A DNA stretch of 64,000 nt from Chiloscyllium plagiosum (Eukaryota), in the NCBI RefSeq assembly GCF_004010195.1, contig NC_057711.1, positions 76,091,817 to 76,155,816 of the forward strand, in the 5' to 3' direction. Shown here in pieces: positions 24,568 through 36,616 of this stretch. Under the pieces are notes generated by a model that was not told the origin of the DNA, ran no database searches, and saw nothing but the letters and a program-made list of their open reading frames with translations. Numbering within the stretch: the stretch's first letter is position 1; every line of letters starts with the position of its first letter. Made by a program: the position numbers and the translations under genes.

Positions 24568-25211
24568 TTTTATGGACTAGGCCAGACCACTCAAAATATT
24601 CTTAAGCAGGCAGCCCAGACCATAACTTTGCAATTTGTTTCGGTAAGTGTACAATGAAAATTACCCAGAGTAAGTTAGCTAAGTTGACTACCAGATTTTA
24701 AAACAGACAAAAATTTATTAACAAAATTACACAATGAAACACAAAGAACAGAATAACGAACCCCTATAGAACTCAGTCTATCCAAACTAGACTTAAGTAT
24801 GCTGTTCAGATTATACACAACACTCCCAATAAGCAAACTCCCTTTTAAACCAGTTTAAATGGAATACACGTTTACAGGTTGAAGTTGAAGGGCAGAAAGA
24901 GAGAGAGAGGTTTTCTACATATCACACTGTTGAACTCCTCACTAGTTCAGGATTGAACTAAACTGCTGAGCTAGAGAGCTGACCTCTCCCCTTCTATTAT
25001 ACAGGTCACTTCTAAAACATGACCACTTTGGCCTGAAGTTTCATGTGTTTACATATAAACAAAAAGCCTCTCAAAATTCTTTTCATCTCTGTACCAAAGC
25101 AGACTGATCTGAGACCGGCCTAGTTTATTACCCCTCTGAAAAATATCAAGGATAGAGTATTCTTGCGCCAAGGAACAGCTTTTAGAAAGAAAAGGGACCA
25201 GCTTTGTGATA
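24568..25211 (-). repeat. 5' LTR of the Gypsy element
   Basis: Direct repeat of 20058-20807. Termini are mutated to TTTTATGG...TGTGATA. Confidence 0.95.
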
Positions 25212-25314
25212 GCATAGGTGATTTTCCTCTGCTCTTCATAGTTCTTTTGTGCTGCAGGGTATGTGTTGGCTCATTGAAATAATGTTCTAATGCAGCTTCA
25301 TCTGTGGGTGCAAT

Positions 25315-27226
25315 ACGCTAAAACTGGCCCAGAAATAGGAAACCAATGCCAGCTGTCGAATTGGCATTTACAAATGCCATCCACGAATATACCTGTACCT
25401 CCTACACAAATGCCTAAGGAAACAGGTACCACCCAAATGTCTTAAATACAAACCTCCCCTTAACACCACACTAGCAAAAAGAATAGCAGCGCAAAATGGC
25501 CACAGAATGCTGAGAGAAATGATTAATGATGCTCAAAACAGATTCCATAAATACAACTGGGAAACTACTCAAGAAACTTCAGAAATCTGGAGAAATAATA
25601 AGACCAACTTCCAAAAAATGAAACCAGGCGGATCCAACACACCATGCTTCTTCGGATGACCCAAAATTCACAAACCAGGATCCCCCTTCAGACCCATAGT
25701 CTTGCTACCCAGAAGACCAACTTACAGATTGGCCAAGGAACTACACCAAAGACTAAAACACTTAATAGAAGACTCACGCCACTTCATCCACTCTACCCAA
25801 GAATGCCTGAAGACCATCATAGACACAAAGACCGAAGGGGATGAAATAATGGACTCCATTGATGTAACAGCCATGTTAACATCCAGCAACATCAACCTGG
25901 CCAAGGAAACACTGAGTACATTATTAGAAGAACCTAAGACACATACACCAAACACCACCAACTTCATCAGCAAGGACAATATCATCATACTAGTAGACCT
26001 ATACCTTACCACCTAATTTACCTTCAACAACAAAACCTACAGACAAACCAACGGAAACCCCATAGGATCTCCAATATCAGGGTTCTTAACAGAGGCAGTA
26101 ATGCAGAGACTTGAACAGACAGCTCTGCAAACCATGCAACCCAAACTTTGGGTCTGCTACGTGGATGACACCTTTGTCATCATTAAACAAAACAATTTAG
26201 AGGAAACCTTCTAGACTATCAATAATACAGTTACTGGAATAAAATTCACTAAAGAGGAAGAAAACAACAACAAATAGCATTCCTAGATGTTGCGGTAGAG
26301 GGAACAACCAATGGGAACTTCAAACCAGCGTCTACAGGAAAACAACACATATGGACCAAATACTGAGCTACAGAAGCAATCATCCCAACGTCCACAAATG
26401 AAGCTGCATTAGAACATCGTTTCAATGATCCAAGACATACCACAGCACAGCAGAACTGCACAGAGCAGAGGAAAATCACTTATACAGTGTATTCAAAAAG
26501 AACCGATAGCCAATGAACACAGTCTGCCGATTTCTCAGCTACAAACCCAATCAAGTTGACAGAACACATCCAGAAATCCAGCCTCTCTCCCCTACATCAA
26601 AGACATTTCAGAAATGACTGCCAGACTACTTGGTGCCATGGTAACCCACAAACCCATCAACACACTAAAACAGCAGCTAATGAACTTGAAAGACTTCATA
26701 CAGACAACAAGCAAAACTAATGTCTTTTACAAAATACCTTGCAAGAACTGTAACAAACACTGCATTGGACAAACAGGCAGAAAACTAGCTACAAGGGTAC
26801 ATGAACATCAACTGGCCACAAAAAGACATGACCCACACTCACTAGTATCTTTAGATATAGATGATGAAGGACATTACTTCGACTGGGACAATGCATCCAT
26901 CCTAGGACAAGCCAAACAGAGACATGATGATAATTCCTAGAAGCATGGCATTTCAACTGGAACATTATCAACAAACACATTGACTTGGATCCCATTTACC
27001 ACCCCCCTGAGAAAAAGAAGAGGAAATGACATTGCCACAGGAAATGACATCACCACAGAAATGACATCGTCACAGGAAATGATGTCAACACCCCAAGGAA
27101 ACCTAAATACATAAATAAAAAGCAGGCCATACCACCAGTGCTTCACTAGAGACTCACTAATGATGTTACCTAATATGGTGCTGAAACGTCTAAAAATGAA
27201 CTTTTCAGCTCAATGAACAAACTTAC
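25315..27226 (+). mobile_element. Penelope-like element, decayed near-complete ORF (N-terminal part, RT, GIY-YIG) and pLTR
   Basis: PKIHKPG..RPIV, TNGNPIGSPISG, YVDDTF (RT) and NVFYKIPCKNCNKHCIGQTGRKL (GIY-YIG), with stops and frameshifts. Hammerhead at 27154-27193 (core mutated to CTAATGA). Confidence 0.95.
27021..27091 (+). repeat. About 18-bp tandem repeat x4 in the PLE 3' UTR
   Basis: AGGAAATGACATTGCCAC / AGGAAATGACATCACCAC / AGAAATGACATCGTCAC / AGGAAATGATGTCAACAC. Only one unit is present in the minus-strand sister copy. Confidence 0.85.
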
Positions 27227-27228
27227 AA

Positions 27229-27365
27229 ACTTTATTCCTGATGAAGGGCTTTTGCCCGAAACGTCGATTTTGCTGCTCGTCGGATGTTGTCTGAATTGCT
27301 GTGCTCTTCCAGCACCACTGGTCCAGAATCTGGTTTCCAGCATCTGCAGTCATTGTTTTTACCTC
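27229..27365 (+). mobile_element. PLE-end fragment of a second family
   Basis: Starts at TTTATTCCTGATGA and ends CCAGCATCTGCAGTCATTGTTTTTACCT. Confidence 0.88.
27234..27269 (+). ncRNA. Minimal type-I hammerhead ribozyme motif (intact core, GUC triplet)
   Basis: TC-CTGATGA-A-GGGC-TTTT-GCCC-GAAA-CGTC-GA. Confidence 0.8.
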
Positions 27366-29095
27366 GATGGAATACCAGCCAAGTTGTACAAAATTGGAGC
27401 TAGCCTGCTTCATGACCAACTGCATCGCTTCTCATCAAGATCTAGATAAATGAAAACGTACTAGCAGACCTTGGAGACTCAGCAATCGTTACCATCTACA
27501 AAAGGAAAGGTGATCGAGCTGAATGCGTAAGCTATTGTGGAATTTCCCTGTGAGCAACAACAGGAAAGATCCTCATCTGCATCATGAACAACTGGCTCAA
27601 GCCTTTAGCTGAGAGTGTCAGTGGGGGAGCACTTTGGGGCCAGCAACCATAATTCTATTAGTTTTAAAATAATCCTGCTGTGTTTTTCCAGCACTACATT
27701 TTTCAACTATAGACAGGATAGATCAAGTGAATCCTTAGAAGAGTATAAAGGCAGTAGGAGTATACTTAAGAGGGAAATCAGGAGGGCAAAAAGAGGACAT
27801 GAGATAGTTTTGGCAAATAGAATTAAGGAGAATCCAAAGGGTTTTTACAACTACATTAAGGACAAAAGGGTAACTGGGAGAAAACAGAGCCCCTTAAAGA
27901 TCAGCCTTTGTGTGGAGCCGCAGAAAATGGGGGAGATACTAAACGAGTATTTTGCATCAGTATTTACTGTGGAAAAGGATATGGAAGATATAGAATGTAG
28001 GGAAATAGATGGTTGACACCTTGCAAAATGTCCATATTACAGAGGAGGAAGTGCTGGATGTCTTGGAAATGCACCAATTTTGGATAAAACCCAAGGCCTT
28101 ATCAGGTGTACCCTAGAACTCTGTGGGAGCCTAGGGAAATGATTGCTGGGCCTCTTACTGAAATATGCAACCATGCATACACAAAACTTGGACTTCACCT
28201 CAATTCCAAGAAGACTCAGATCATCTAACAATTGTCACCAACTGAGACAAATTGGCAAAACAACCCTGGAAAACGTGGACCATTTTCTATCTTGGAAGTC
28301 ATCCCTCCTCCAATGTCGACCTTAATGACGAGATCCAACATCATCTTCAATGCACTGGAACAGTTTTTGGACGTGTCCAAACAAAAATCTTTCATGATCG
28401 TGACATCCAGACAGACACCAAAATGTTAATGTACAAAGCAGTGATGACCCCAACACTCCTGTATGCATCAGAAACGTGGCCAACATACCAACAATATCTG
28501 AAGGCACTTGAAACATTCCATCAATGCTGACTTTGAAACATCTTGAATTACAGCTGGGACCATAGAAGATCCAATTCAGTGTGCTGAATGAAACAAAAAC
28601 AAAAGCATTGAAGCCTACATCATCAAGAACCAACTAAGATGGAGCGGTCATATTGTTCGGATGAAAGATGACCGTCTGCCAAAACAAATCTTCTACTCCC
28701 AGCTTAAAGAAAGCAAATGGAAAAGAGGCAGACAACAGAAGAAATTCAAAGATGTTTTAAAGCCAACATGAAGAAATGTAAAATTGATATCAACAATTGG
28801 GAAATGAATGCCAAGGACAGTAAACTCTGACAAATCATCATCCAAGATAGAACAGCAACAGAAAGAACAAGCCAACAGATGTGCAGAACTAGAAGGAAAG
28901 AGAAGAAAATGGAAACTGAGGCAGCAACAACCAAAGCCGGATCTGCCATCTGGAAATACTTGGCCTGAATACGGAAGAACTTTCAAAGCCAAGACTGGAC
29001 TCATGAGCCACCTGAGAGGCCATAAATAGATCAACGGGATGAAGGCCATCATCCTTGACCTCAAGGGATAGCCACGATGATGACAACGATTCATA
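27366..29095 (+). mobile_element. RTE-clade LINE remnant (27366-27611 and 28166-29095), interrupted by CR1
   Basis: DGIPAKLYK, IVTIYKRKGDRAECxSYCGISL, YKAVMTPTLLYASETW, a C-terminal GRTFKAKTGLMSHLRGH zinc-finger remnant and a (GAT)n-like tail. Confidence 0.88.
27612..28165 (+). mobile_element. CR1 (HER1-like) ORF2 internal fragment with a 35-bp PLE piece at 27673-27707
   Basis: VGEHFGASNHNSISFKI and REIRRAKRGHE..IKENPKGFY..EILNEYFASVFT. Confidence 0.88.
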
Positions 29096-29559
29096 ATTCA
29101 TTTGTTATGCACTAGCCAAAAACTGATGTGTTTTTTTTTACTTTTTTTGTTTGGACACACCTCTCATTTGTGTCACATTTTGTAAAATGTTCTCACATTT
29201 TACAAGCTAATAAACCTTCTCTGTATTTAACTCAAGAAAGCCTGGTTAAACTAGCTTCTTTGAAGATTTGTGCTGGGGAGAGGTATGCATGAAGGAAGGG
29301 ATTTTTTTTTCTAAATTAACTTTATTGTGATCATGGAAGATTAAACATTTTGGAGTACCCCATCTGGAATCGTAAAGAATTGAGGACTCCTCCTTGGAAA
29401 CTGGTCGTAACAACACATACAAAATATTTGGTGCCAAACTTTGGGTCTCTGTGTCAAATCACTAGATGAGTTTTTCTTCATGCTAGTCTGTTATCGATTT
29501 TCAAGTCTAATTCCTATTATGAAAGTGGGTTATAAGCTCTTTTTGCAGGTTTATGATAG

Positions 29560-29920
29560 CAGAGTGGTTGTGTTACTGGATTAGGAATCCTGCAATCCTA
29601 CACAGATATGAGTTCAAATCTCAACAAAACAGCTGTGGAATTTAAACTAAATAAATCTGGATTTTCTTTTTTTAAAAAGACCAGCCTCAGTAATGCCACC
29701 ATGCAACTGCTAGATTATAATATGCTTAGCGGTTCCTTGAGGCCCTTTAATAAAGAAATTCACCTGTCCATACCTAGCCTAGCCGATGTGACTTGGCCTT
29801 GAATTGCCCTCTGACAGGGTCTGACCAACCATTCAGTTGCATTCCAGAAACCGAATCACCATGACCAAGGGCAATTAGGAACGGGCATCAAATGTTGGCC
29901 TTTACAATCATCCTGGGAAA
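29560..29920 (+). mobile_element. tRNA-derived shark SINE sharing its 3' tail with the second CR1 family
   Basis: GAGTTCAAATC B-box. The 3' GGGCAATTAGGAACGGGCATCAAATGTTGGCC matches the LINE ends at about 35715-35750 and 59846-59880. Confidence 0.65.
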
Positions 29921-30839
29921 TAATAATTTTTAAAAATTGCTAAAGAATGTAAGAACAGGGTACTCCCACAATGCTAAGAATTCCAGAATTTTGACTGCAG
30001 CACGTTGGCTGACATTTATATACATCCAAAAGCAGAAAGAAAATGGTGGCACTTACTCTTGTGGAGCAGGGTAGGTTATGGTCATTTTTCCTCCAATGCA
30101 GAACATTCCCCCAGACTGTGCGAACATCACTGACCTGGTGGAAACCACATACTAGGGAAGCAGCATCTGGTGAAGTGGTCTCCTCTGTTGATCCAGAGGG
30201 AAGTGGACAACCCTCCTCTGCAATGTTCCATCCACCAACGCCTCCAGGTCCCTAACAGCAAAGTGGGCATCAATTTCCATTTGTCTCATAGATCTGTGAA
30301 AATATGACAGCAGGTCAGCTCCAGACTGACAGCGCTTTAACTCAGGCATGGTTGGGCTTTAAAGTTGGCACTTTAAATTTGGGGTTGGGAATCTTGGGAG
30401 GTCACAGCAGTGGCAAGTGTTGGAGATAGTATTTACTGTCCTCAAGAAAACAGAGAACAAGCTCTTCTATTGTTGTTAATAAGTGAATCTATGGAGATAC
30501 CATGGATAAGAAGGAGGATATGATGAGCGGGATGACACAGGGGCTTCATGCATAAGTAATGAGGTGATTGCGATAGCTTGAGAAAACTTTTCAGGCCTTG
30601 CAAAGTGAAGCCCTCAGTGAATCTTGCCAAAATTGATTCATTGCTGATTTCCAATAAAATTCAGTCCCACAAGTGTTATTATCTTGGATTTGATGCTAAG
30701 GACTCGCAAACTATGAAGGATGAACATCCATAATATTTGCAACATTTTGAGGATAAAAGATAATTTGATTATGTGAAGAAACACAGCCATTTGTCCGGGG
30801 GGGGGGGGGGGAAATGAGCTTTTATAAAGGCACATATGA

Positions 30840-30974
30840 GGAGAAAGTGAGAACTGCAGATGCTGGAGATCAGAGTCGAAAAGTGTGACGGGTTTATGCC
30901 CGAAACACTGACTCTCTTGCTCCTCGGATGCTGCCTGGCCTGCTGTGCTTTTCCAGCACCACACTTTTTGACCC
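30840..30974. mobile_element. PLE-end insertion (inverted tail plus hammerhead-bearing arm)
   Basis: Degenerate TSD TAAAGGCACATATGA / TAAAGGCAATAAATGA, and GGGTTTATGCCCGAAAC at about 30890. Confidence 0.82.
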
Positions 30975-31689
30975 TAAAGGCAATAAATGAACCTTTACAA
31001 AGATCCTATGAGGCAGGAAATAGAGTATGTCAGTTTGACATGAAATATAACATTCAACCCTACTTTTTGACAGTTTCTGGATTTGAAGCATTGGTATATG
31101 GTAGGTATGTCACAAAATGTTGCTGAACAATCTATTGCATGTTTCATAATGGCCCACATAAAGACTTTAGAAACTATTAAGCCAATGCTCACTTTGCTGA
31201 ACATGCATACTCATTGGACACCTATTATGCTGTTGTTCACTAACAGCTGAATTGTTTGGCATGCTCATATTTTCAAAGGGTTTCACGAGTGCAACATAAT
31301 CCAGCTGCCTGATGTATAGTACATGACAATCAATATATGGAACAACGTTAACATGTCTGTCACTGTGCCCGTATTCCTTCAACTTAAAACAGGTCAGGAC
31401 TATTTCTGTGTTGTATACAGGAAAGCATGCGTGACTAGTGTAAGCCATTAACTCTTTCCTTAAACTTCATAGCTTTTTAAGAGCATCAAAAGAACAACAC
31501 ACAATGAAGCCACAATCTCTCTCAAGTGAATTCAATTCCTATTTCTTGCACTTCTTATCTACTCTACTATATATGTGCATGGGATTGGGATCTTAACAGT
31601 CATCCCAGTTCTGTACCTACCAGTTCCTTTCAGTGATCTCTTTAACATGACAAAACTAGGAGCTACTATCTGAAATTAAGACAAAGATG

Positions 31690-32772
31690 AAGTGTTTTTT
31701 TTTCTGACTTAGATGGTTGTGAATCTTTGGAACTGTCTTCCTCAAAAGGCAGTGGAAGCAGAGTTTTTGAATATCTTTAATGTGGTAGTGCTGGTGTTAG
31801 ACTAGGGTGTTAAAAATCACATATATTCCTACTGGATTATAACCTGGTGTTGTGTGAGTATCTTTAAGATAGAGGTCAATGGATTCTTGTTAAACAAAGG
31901 AGTAAAAAATTGTTGGGGTAAGTGGAATATGGAGTTAAAGAGACAGCTAAGAGGAGCCAGGAGGGGACATGAGAAGCCATCGGCAGATAGGATCAAGGAA
32001 AATCCTAAGGCTTTCTATCGGTATATCAGGAATAAAAGAATGACTAGAGTAAGATTAGGGCCAATCAAGCATAGTAGTGAGAAGTTGTGAGTGGAGTCAG
32101 AAGAGATGGGGGAAGTGCTAAATGAATACTTTTCATTGGTATTCACACTAGAAAAAGATAATGTGGTAAAGGAGAAAACTGATATAGAGGCTACTAGACT
32201 AGATGGGATTGAGGTGTATAAGGAAGAGATGATAGCAATTTTGGAAAGTGTAAAAATAGATAAGTCTCCTGAGATTCTCTGGGAAACCCAGGAGGAGATT
32301 GCAGAGCCTTTGGCTTTGATCTTTATGCCATCATTGTCTACAGGAATAGTGCCAGAAGACCGGAGGATAGCAAATGTTTGAAAGGGTTATAAGAGATAGG
32401 ATTTATAATCATATAGAGAGAAATAAGTTGATTAGGGATGGTCAACATGGTTTTGTAAAGGGTAGGTCATGCCTCACAAACCTTATTGAGTTCTTTGAGA
32501 AGGTGACCAAGCAGGTAGATGAGGATAAAGTGGTTGATGTAGTGTATTTGGATTTCAGTAAGGCATTTGTTAAGGTTCCTCATGGTAGGCTATTGCACAA
32601 AATACAGAGGCATGGGATTGAGAGGAATTTAATGGTTTAGATCAGAAATTTGCTAGCTGAAAGAAGACAGAGGGTGATAGTTGATGGGAAATATTCATCC
32701 TGGAGGTCAGTTACTTTTGGGGTACTGCAAGGATCTGTTTCGGGTCCACTGTTGTTTGTCAATTTTATAAAC
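31690..32772 (+). mobile_element. CR1 fragments: a 3' piece (31690-31930) and an RT region (31935-32772)
   Basis: QHGFVKGRSCLTNLIEFFE..VDVVYLDFSKAF and GVLQGSVSGPLLF. Confidence 0.92.
31781..31855. mobile_element. 75-bp PLE-end micro-insertion (same family as 23929-24335)
   Basis: TSD GAATATCTTTAA (31769-80) / GAGTATCTTTAA (31856-67). An inverted tail is followed by TATAACCTGGTGTTGTGTGA. Confidence 0.75.
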
Positions 32773-33007
32773 ATCAGTCATTTGTCCTCTCGTTTCCATA
32801 AAAGTGAGCTGCTAATCAAGGTTCAAAGTTAAATTCTCAACTGCAGCTCACAGTTCCAAAACAAGATGAGAAAAATAAAAGAAAAATAATGACAGTCTTA
32901 ACATTAGTCATAGTCACTGAATCATTCCAATTAATATCCCAGACACCACCAACATCATCCCTGAAAATGTCTTGTCCCACGAACAGACCAAGCCCACTAC
33001 AGAAGGT

Positions 33008-33125
33008 TAGAGATTAAAAAAAACTGCAGATACTGGAATCCAAGGTAGACAAGCAAGCCAGGCAGCATCCACCACTTGATGCTGCCTGGCTTGCTGTGTT
33101 CTTCCAGGCTCCTGCTTGTCTAGCG
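33008..33125. mobile_element. Short palindromic PLE-end insertion with 12-bp TSD
   Basis: TSD ACTACAGAAGGT (32996-33007) / ACTACAGATGGT (33126-33137). Inverted AGCAAGCCAGGCAGCATC / GATGCTGCCTGGCTTGCT. Confidence 0.85.
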
Positions 33126-33514
33126 ACTACAGATGGTGGCACAGACATATACAGTCAGGGAAGAATTACCCTAGGAGTTCTCAACATTGATTCCTGATGC
33201 CATAAAATCTTATGACATAATGTCAAACATGGGCAAAGAAACTTCCTACTACCCTCCGTTGGCTGATCAATATCAGTATTCCTCCCTGTTGAACACCACT
33301 TGGTGGTGATGGCATAGCATGTACTCTAGGCGGTGAGTTTGCACGTCCAATAGCAACAGTGGCTTGGCAGCACCACTACTGACCGAGATGGTCAAGTACA
33401 AAAGGACATAGCTGTGAGACTGTGTATGAGTTAGTTGATGGGGGAAAAATCTACTTGATCTCATCCTCAGTAATCTAGCTATCACAGATGGGTCTGTTCT
33501 TGACAGTTTTGACA

Positions 33515-33734
33515 AGAAAGTGAGGACTGCAGATACTGGAGATCAGAGTCGAAAAGTGTGGTGCTGGCAAAGCACAGCAGGTCAGGTAGCATCCAAGAAG
33601 CATGAGAATCGACTTTTTGGACATGTACCCTTAATTGGGAATGTCATTCCTGATGAAGGGTTTATGCCCGAAAGGTTGATTTCTCCTGATTCTCAGATCC
33701 TGTCTGACCTGCTGTGTTTTTCCAGTGCCACACC
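33515..33734. mobile_element. Older palindromic PLE-end insertion with hammerhead motif
   Basis: Inverted arms around CATTCCTGATGA (33650)-AGGGTTTATGCCC-GAAAGGTT. No clear TSD. Confidence 0.8.
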
Positions 33735-36616
33735 TTACATTGAGAAAACCCTCCACTGGGGTATGTGGCAGTAGCACTGTGCTAAGTGGATCAGCCTATG
33801 AACAGATCTTGCAGCTCCAAACTGGGAACTGTGGACCATCAGCAGCAGCAGAATTGTAGTCCAGGACAATCAATAATCTCATTGTATATCCCCACTCTAT
33901 TATTATCATTAAGCCAGAGGATAAACTCTGACTCATTAAAGAGGACAGGACAGCATGCCAGGAACAACTATTTTAAAAATGAGGTGTTAGTCTAGTGAAG
34001 CCCAACACAGGACTCTTTGCATTATGAATAATGGGCTAAGCAATCCCACAGCCAACAGATTACAACTAAACTTTGCAATCCTATCACATCCCGCCATGAA
34101 TGGTGCCAGACAACTAAATACTAACAGGACTTGGAGACTCAACAAAGGACACAATCCTCAACAATGTGAGACACAGCACATCATTGAAAAAGTCATGGCT
34201 GAAGTATGTGCCAACTCACCACTCTCCTGAGGTACCTAACATCACAGATTCCAGACTTCAACCAATTTGATTCACTCCACAATCTTGAGATCAAGAAATG
34301 CGGAAGGCACTGGATACTACAAAGGTTATTAATTCTGACAACATCTGGCAATAGTACTGAAGGCTTGTGCTCCAGAACTTGCTGGAGCACTAGCCAAACA
34401 ATTCCAGTACAGCCTACAATACTAACATGCACCCAACATTGTCCAGAAATGTTCGATACACAGAAATCCAACCTAGCCAATAATTGCCCTATAGTCTATT
34501 CTAAAACATCAGCAAAAAGAGAGAAAGGGTCCTCAAGAGTGCTATTAAGCAGCATTGCAAGGCAATAATCTGCTCACTGACATCCAATTTAGGTCCTGCC
34601 AGAACCACAGCTTCTGACCTCATTGCACCCTTTGTGCAAACCTCTATAAAAGAGCTGAACCAGTGAGGTGAGAGTGACTGCCCTTCATATCAAGACAGCA
34701 CATGAGCATGTAAGGCTTCAAGGAGACCTAATAAAACTGAACTTCCTGGGAATAAGGGGGAAAACGCGCAACTGGTTACAGTCATGCCAAGCACAAGGGA
34801 AGATGCTATGTTTGTTGAAGGTCAATCATCTCAGCCCCAGGACAACTCTGCTGGAGTTTCTTGGGGTGGTGTCCTAGGCCCAAACATCTTCAACTTCTTT
34901 ATCAATGACCTTCCTGCCATTGTAAGACCAGAATTAGAAACTTGCACTGATGTCTGCACAATGTTCAACACCATTCATGACTCTTCAGAAGCTGAAGCAG
35001 TCAGTGTCCAAATGCAGCAAGACCTGGACATCTTCCAGGCTTGGGTTGATATATGGCAAGTAACGTAGTGCTACACAATGACCTCTCCAATGATGAGAGA
35101 ATCCAACCATTTCTCTTTGATGTTCAATGACATTACCATCACTGAATCCCCCATTATCAACATCCTGGGGGCTTACCATTGACAATTAACTGAATTGGAC
35201 TAGCCACATAAATACTGTGGCTACAGGAGCAGGTAAGAAACTATGAATTATATGGTGAGTTATTCACCTCCTATTTCCTCATAGCCTATCCACAATTCAT
35301 AAAGCAAATACTCTCCTGGATGGATGCAGCTTCAACGACACTCAAGAAGTTTGACACCATCCAGGGTAAAGCAGCTGCTTGATTGGCACCCATCCAAAAC
35401 TTTCAACATTCATTTCCTTAACCATTGATGCATGGTGCCAGCAACTGTGTTCGCAGGACTGCAGTAACTCACTCAGGCTCCTCCAACAACACATTCTCCA
35501 CCTGCAATCTCTCTCATCTAGAAGGCCACGGGCAGCAAATATACAGGAACAATACCACTTATAAGTCATTCTGCAAACCACATACCATCCTGAGTTGGAA
35601 ATATATTGGTCTTCCTTCAGAGTTAATGGATCAAAACTCTGGAACTCCCTTCCATTATGGTTGTTGCTACACTCTAAGGACTGCAGCAGTTCAAGGATGC
35701 AACTCATTTTACCCAGGGCAATTATGGATTTGCAATAAATACTGGCCTAGCCAGCAACATTCACATCCCATGGACAAGTTTTTTAAAAGCAGCAATCTTA
35801 CTCTAAGTGTTCATGGACAGGCTTAACTGGAAAGGCAGATGATTGCATAAATTCTTTGCGCCCACTCCACTAGCAGTTTTACAATCACAGGACCAGCAGT
35901 ACAATGTAGTGGATTATAAAGTACAATCTGATTTTCAAGCAACAAAATGATGTGGCCTTTTGATTAATGTTTTATTATGTTGCCATGGCTACATACTACA
36001 GAAAACAACCGTAAGTAACAGTAATATGTTATTTTGGCTTCAGAGCTGTCCTTGAATATCCACAACAAAGATTTTCCTTGAGCACATCCAGCTCAAATGA
36101 TAGCGTGAGAGACATATAATGATTAACCATTGTTAACAATGTACAACAATATTCAGCGCCTATTTTCTATAACAAACCAGAGATATTTTACAGAAAAATA
36201 TTCAACATGGTCTATTATTTTGTAATATAGTGCAGGAAAATCTTTTAAAACAATCTTTTGAGATTTAATATAATTGTTTGTCATTAAATTTCTATTCAGT
36301 TAAAAGAAGTCAGAACTAACTTTAAAAGCAGAATGCTGTAGAAATCTGAAATAAAACACAATATGATGGAGATATTCATTAGATTCAGATAACAAATAAA
36401 CGGCCTGGCGACCTGAAAACTAAAGTCTGGAAGTTAGTGTGTTTAACTGCACGTTTTCTTGCATACACATTTTAAGCTCTCCAAATTGTCGTTAAAACTT
36501 GTTAAAACTGTGGAAAAAATGAACAACTATATGGCTATTTCATTTGTTAATTTTAATAGTAAAACTGTTCTTTTTCCTTTGTGTTTTGTATATGGATAAT
36601 GCGGATGCCTCAATAT

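Larger units (their letters stand above)
20058..25211 (-). mobile_element. Gmr1-like Gypsy LTR retrotransposon (gag with SCAN-like domain and CCHC knuckle, protease, integrase; RT/RNaseH absent)
   Basis: Two LTRs about 90% alike by eye. 4-bp TSD GTAT (20054-57) / GCAT (25212-15). Peptides YKLVPVAYRQCFR, CCYCNKVGHTISQC, GHLGVRK..HFYWSGLHKDV and IQSDQGSNFTSKLF..STAYHPESQGALE. Protease is followed directly by integrase. Confidence 0.95.
19322..25310 (-). mobile_element. Penelope-like element 3' portion (GIY-YIG endonuclease, pLTR), split by the Gypsy insertion. Pieces are 19322-20057 and 25212-25310.
   Basis: Encodes NVIYKIPCQNCNKHHIGQTGRKLATKIHEH (GIY-YIG). The two pieces rejoin to match the sister copy at 26400-27226. 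Confidence 0.92.
32895..35780 (+). mobile_element. Decayed near-full ORF2 of a CR1-clade LINE (second family): APE endonuclease, RT and 3' end
   Basis: Endonuclease-like start (IVIVTES..PDTTNIIP), GVSWGGVLGPNIFNFFINDLP, MQQDLDIFQAWVDIWQVT and the 3' tail. Confidence 0.85.

Noticed and set aside
27021..27091. Short direct repeats resembling a CRISPR-like array
   Set aside because: The units are contiguous with no unique spacers, lie inside a PLE UTR, and are in eukaryotic DNA.
30796..30811. G16 run (also C-runs at 7297-7323 and 14056-14082) as G-quadruplex elements
   Set aside because: These are simple homopolymers, common and error-prone, with no evidence of function.
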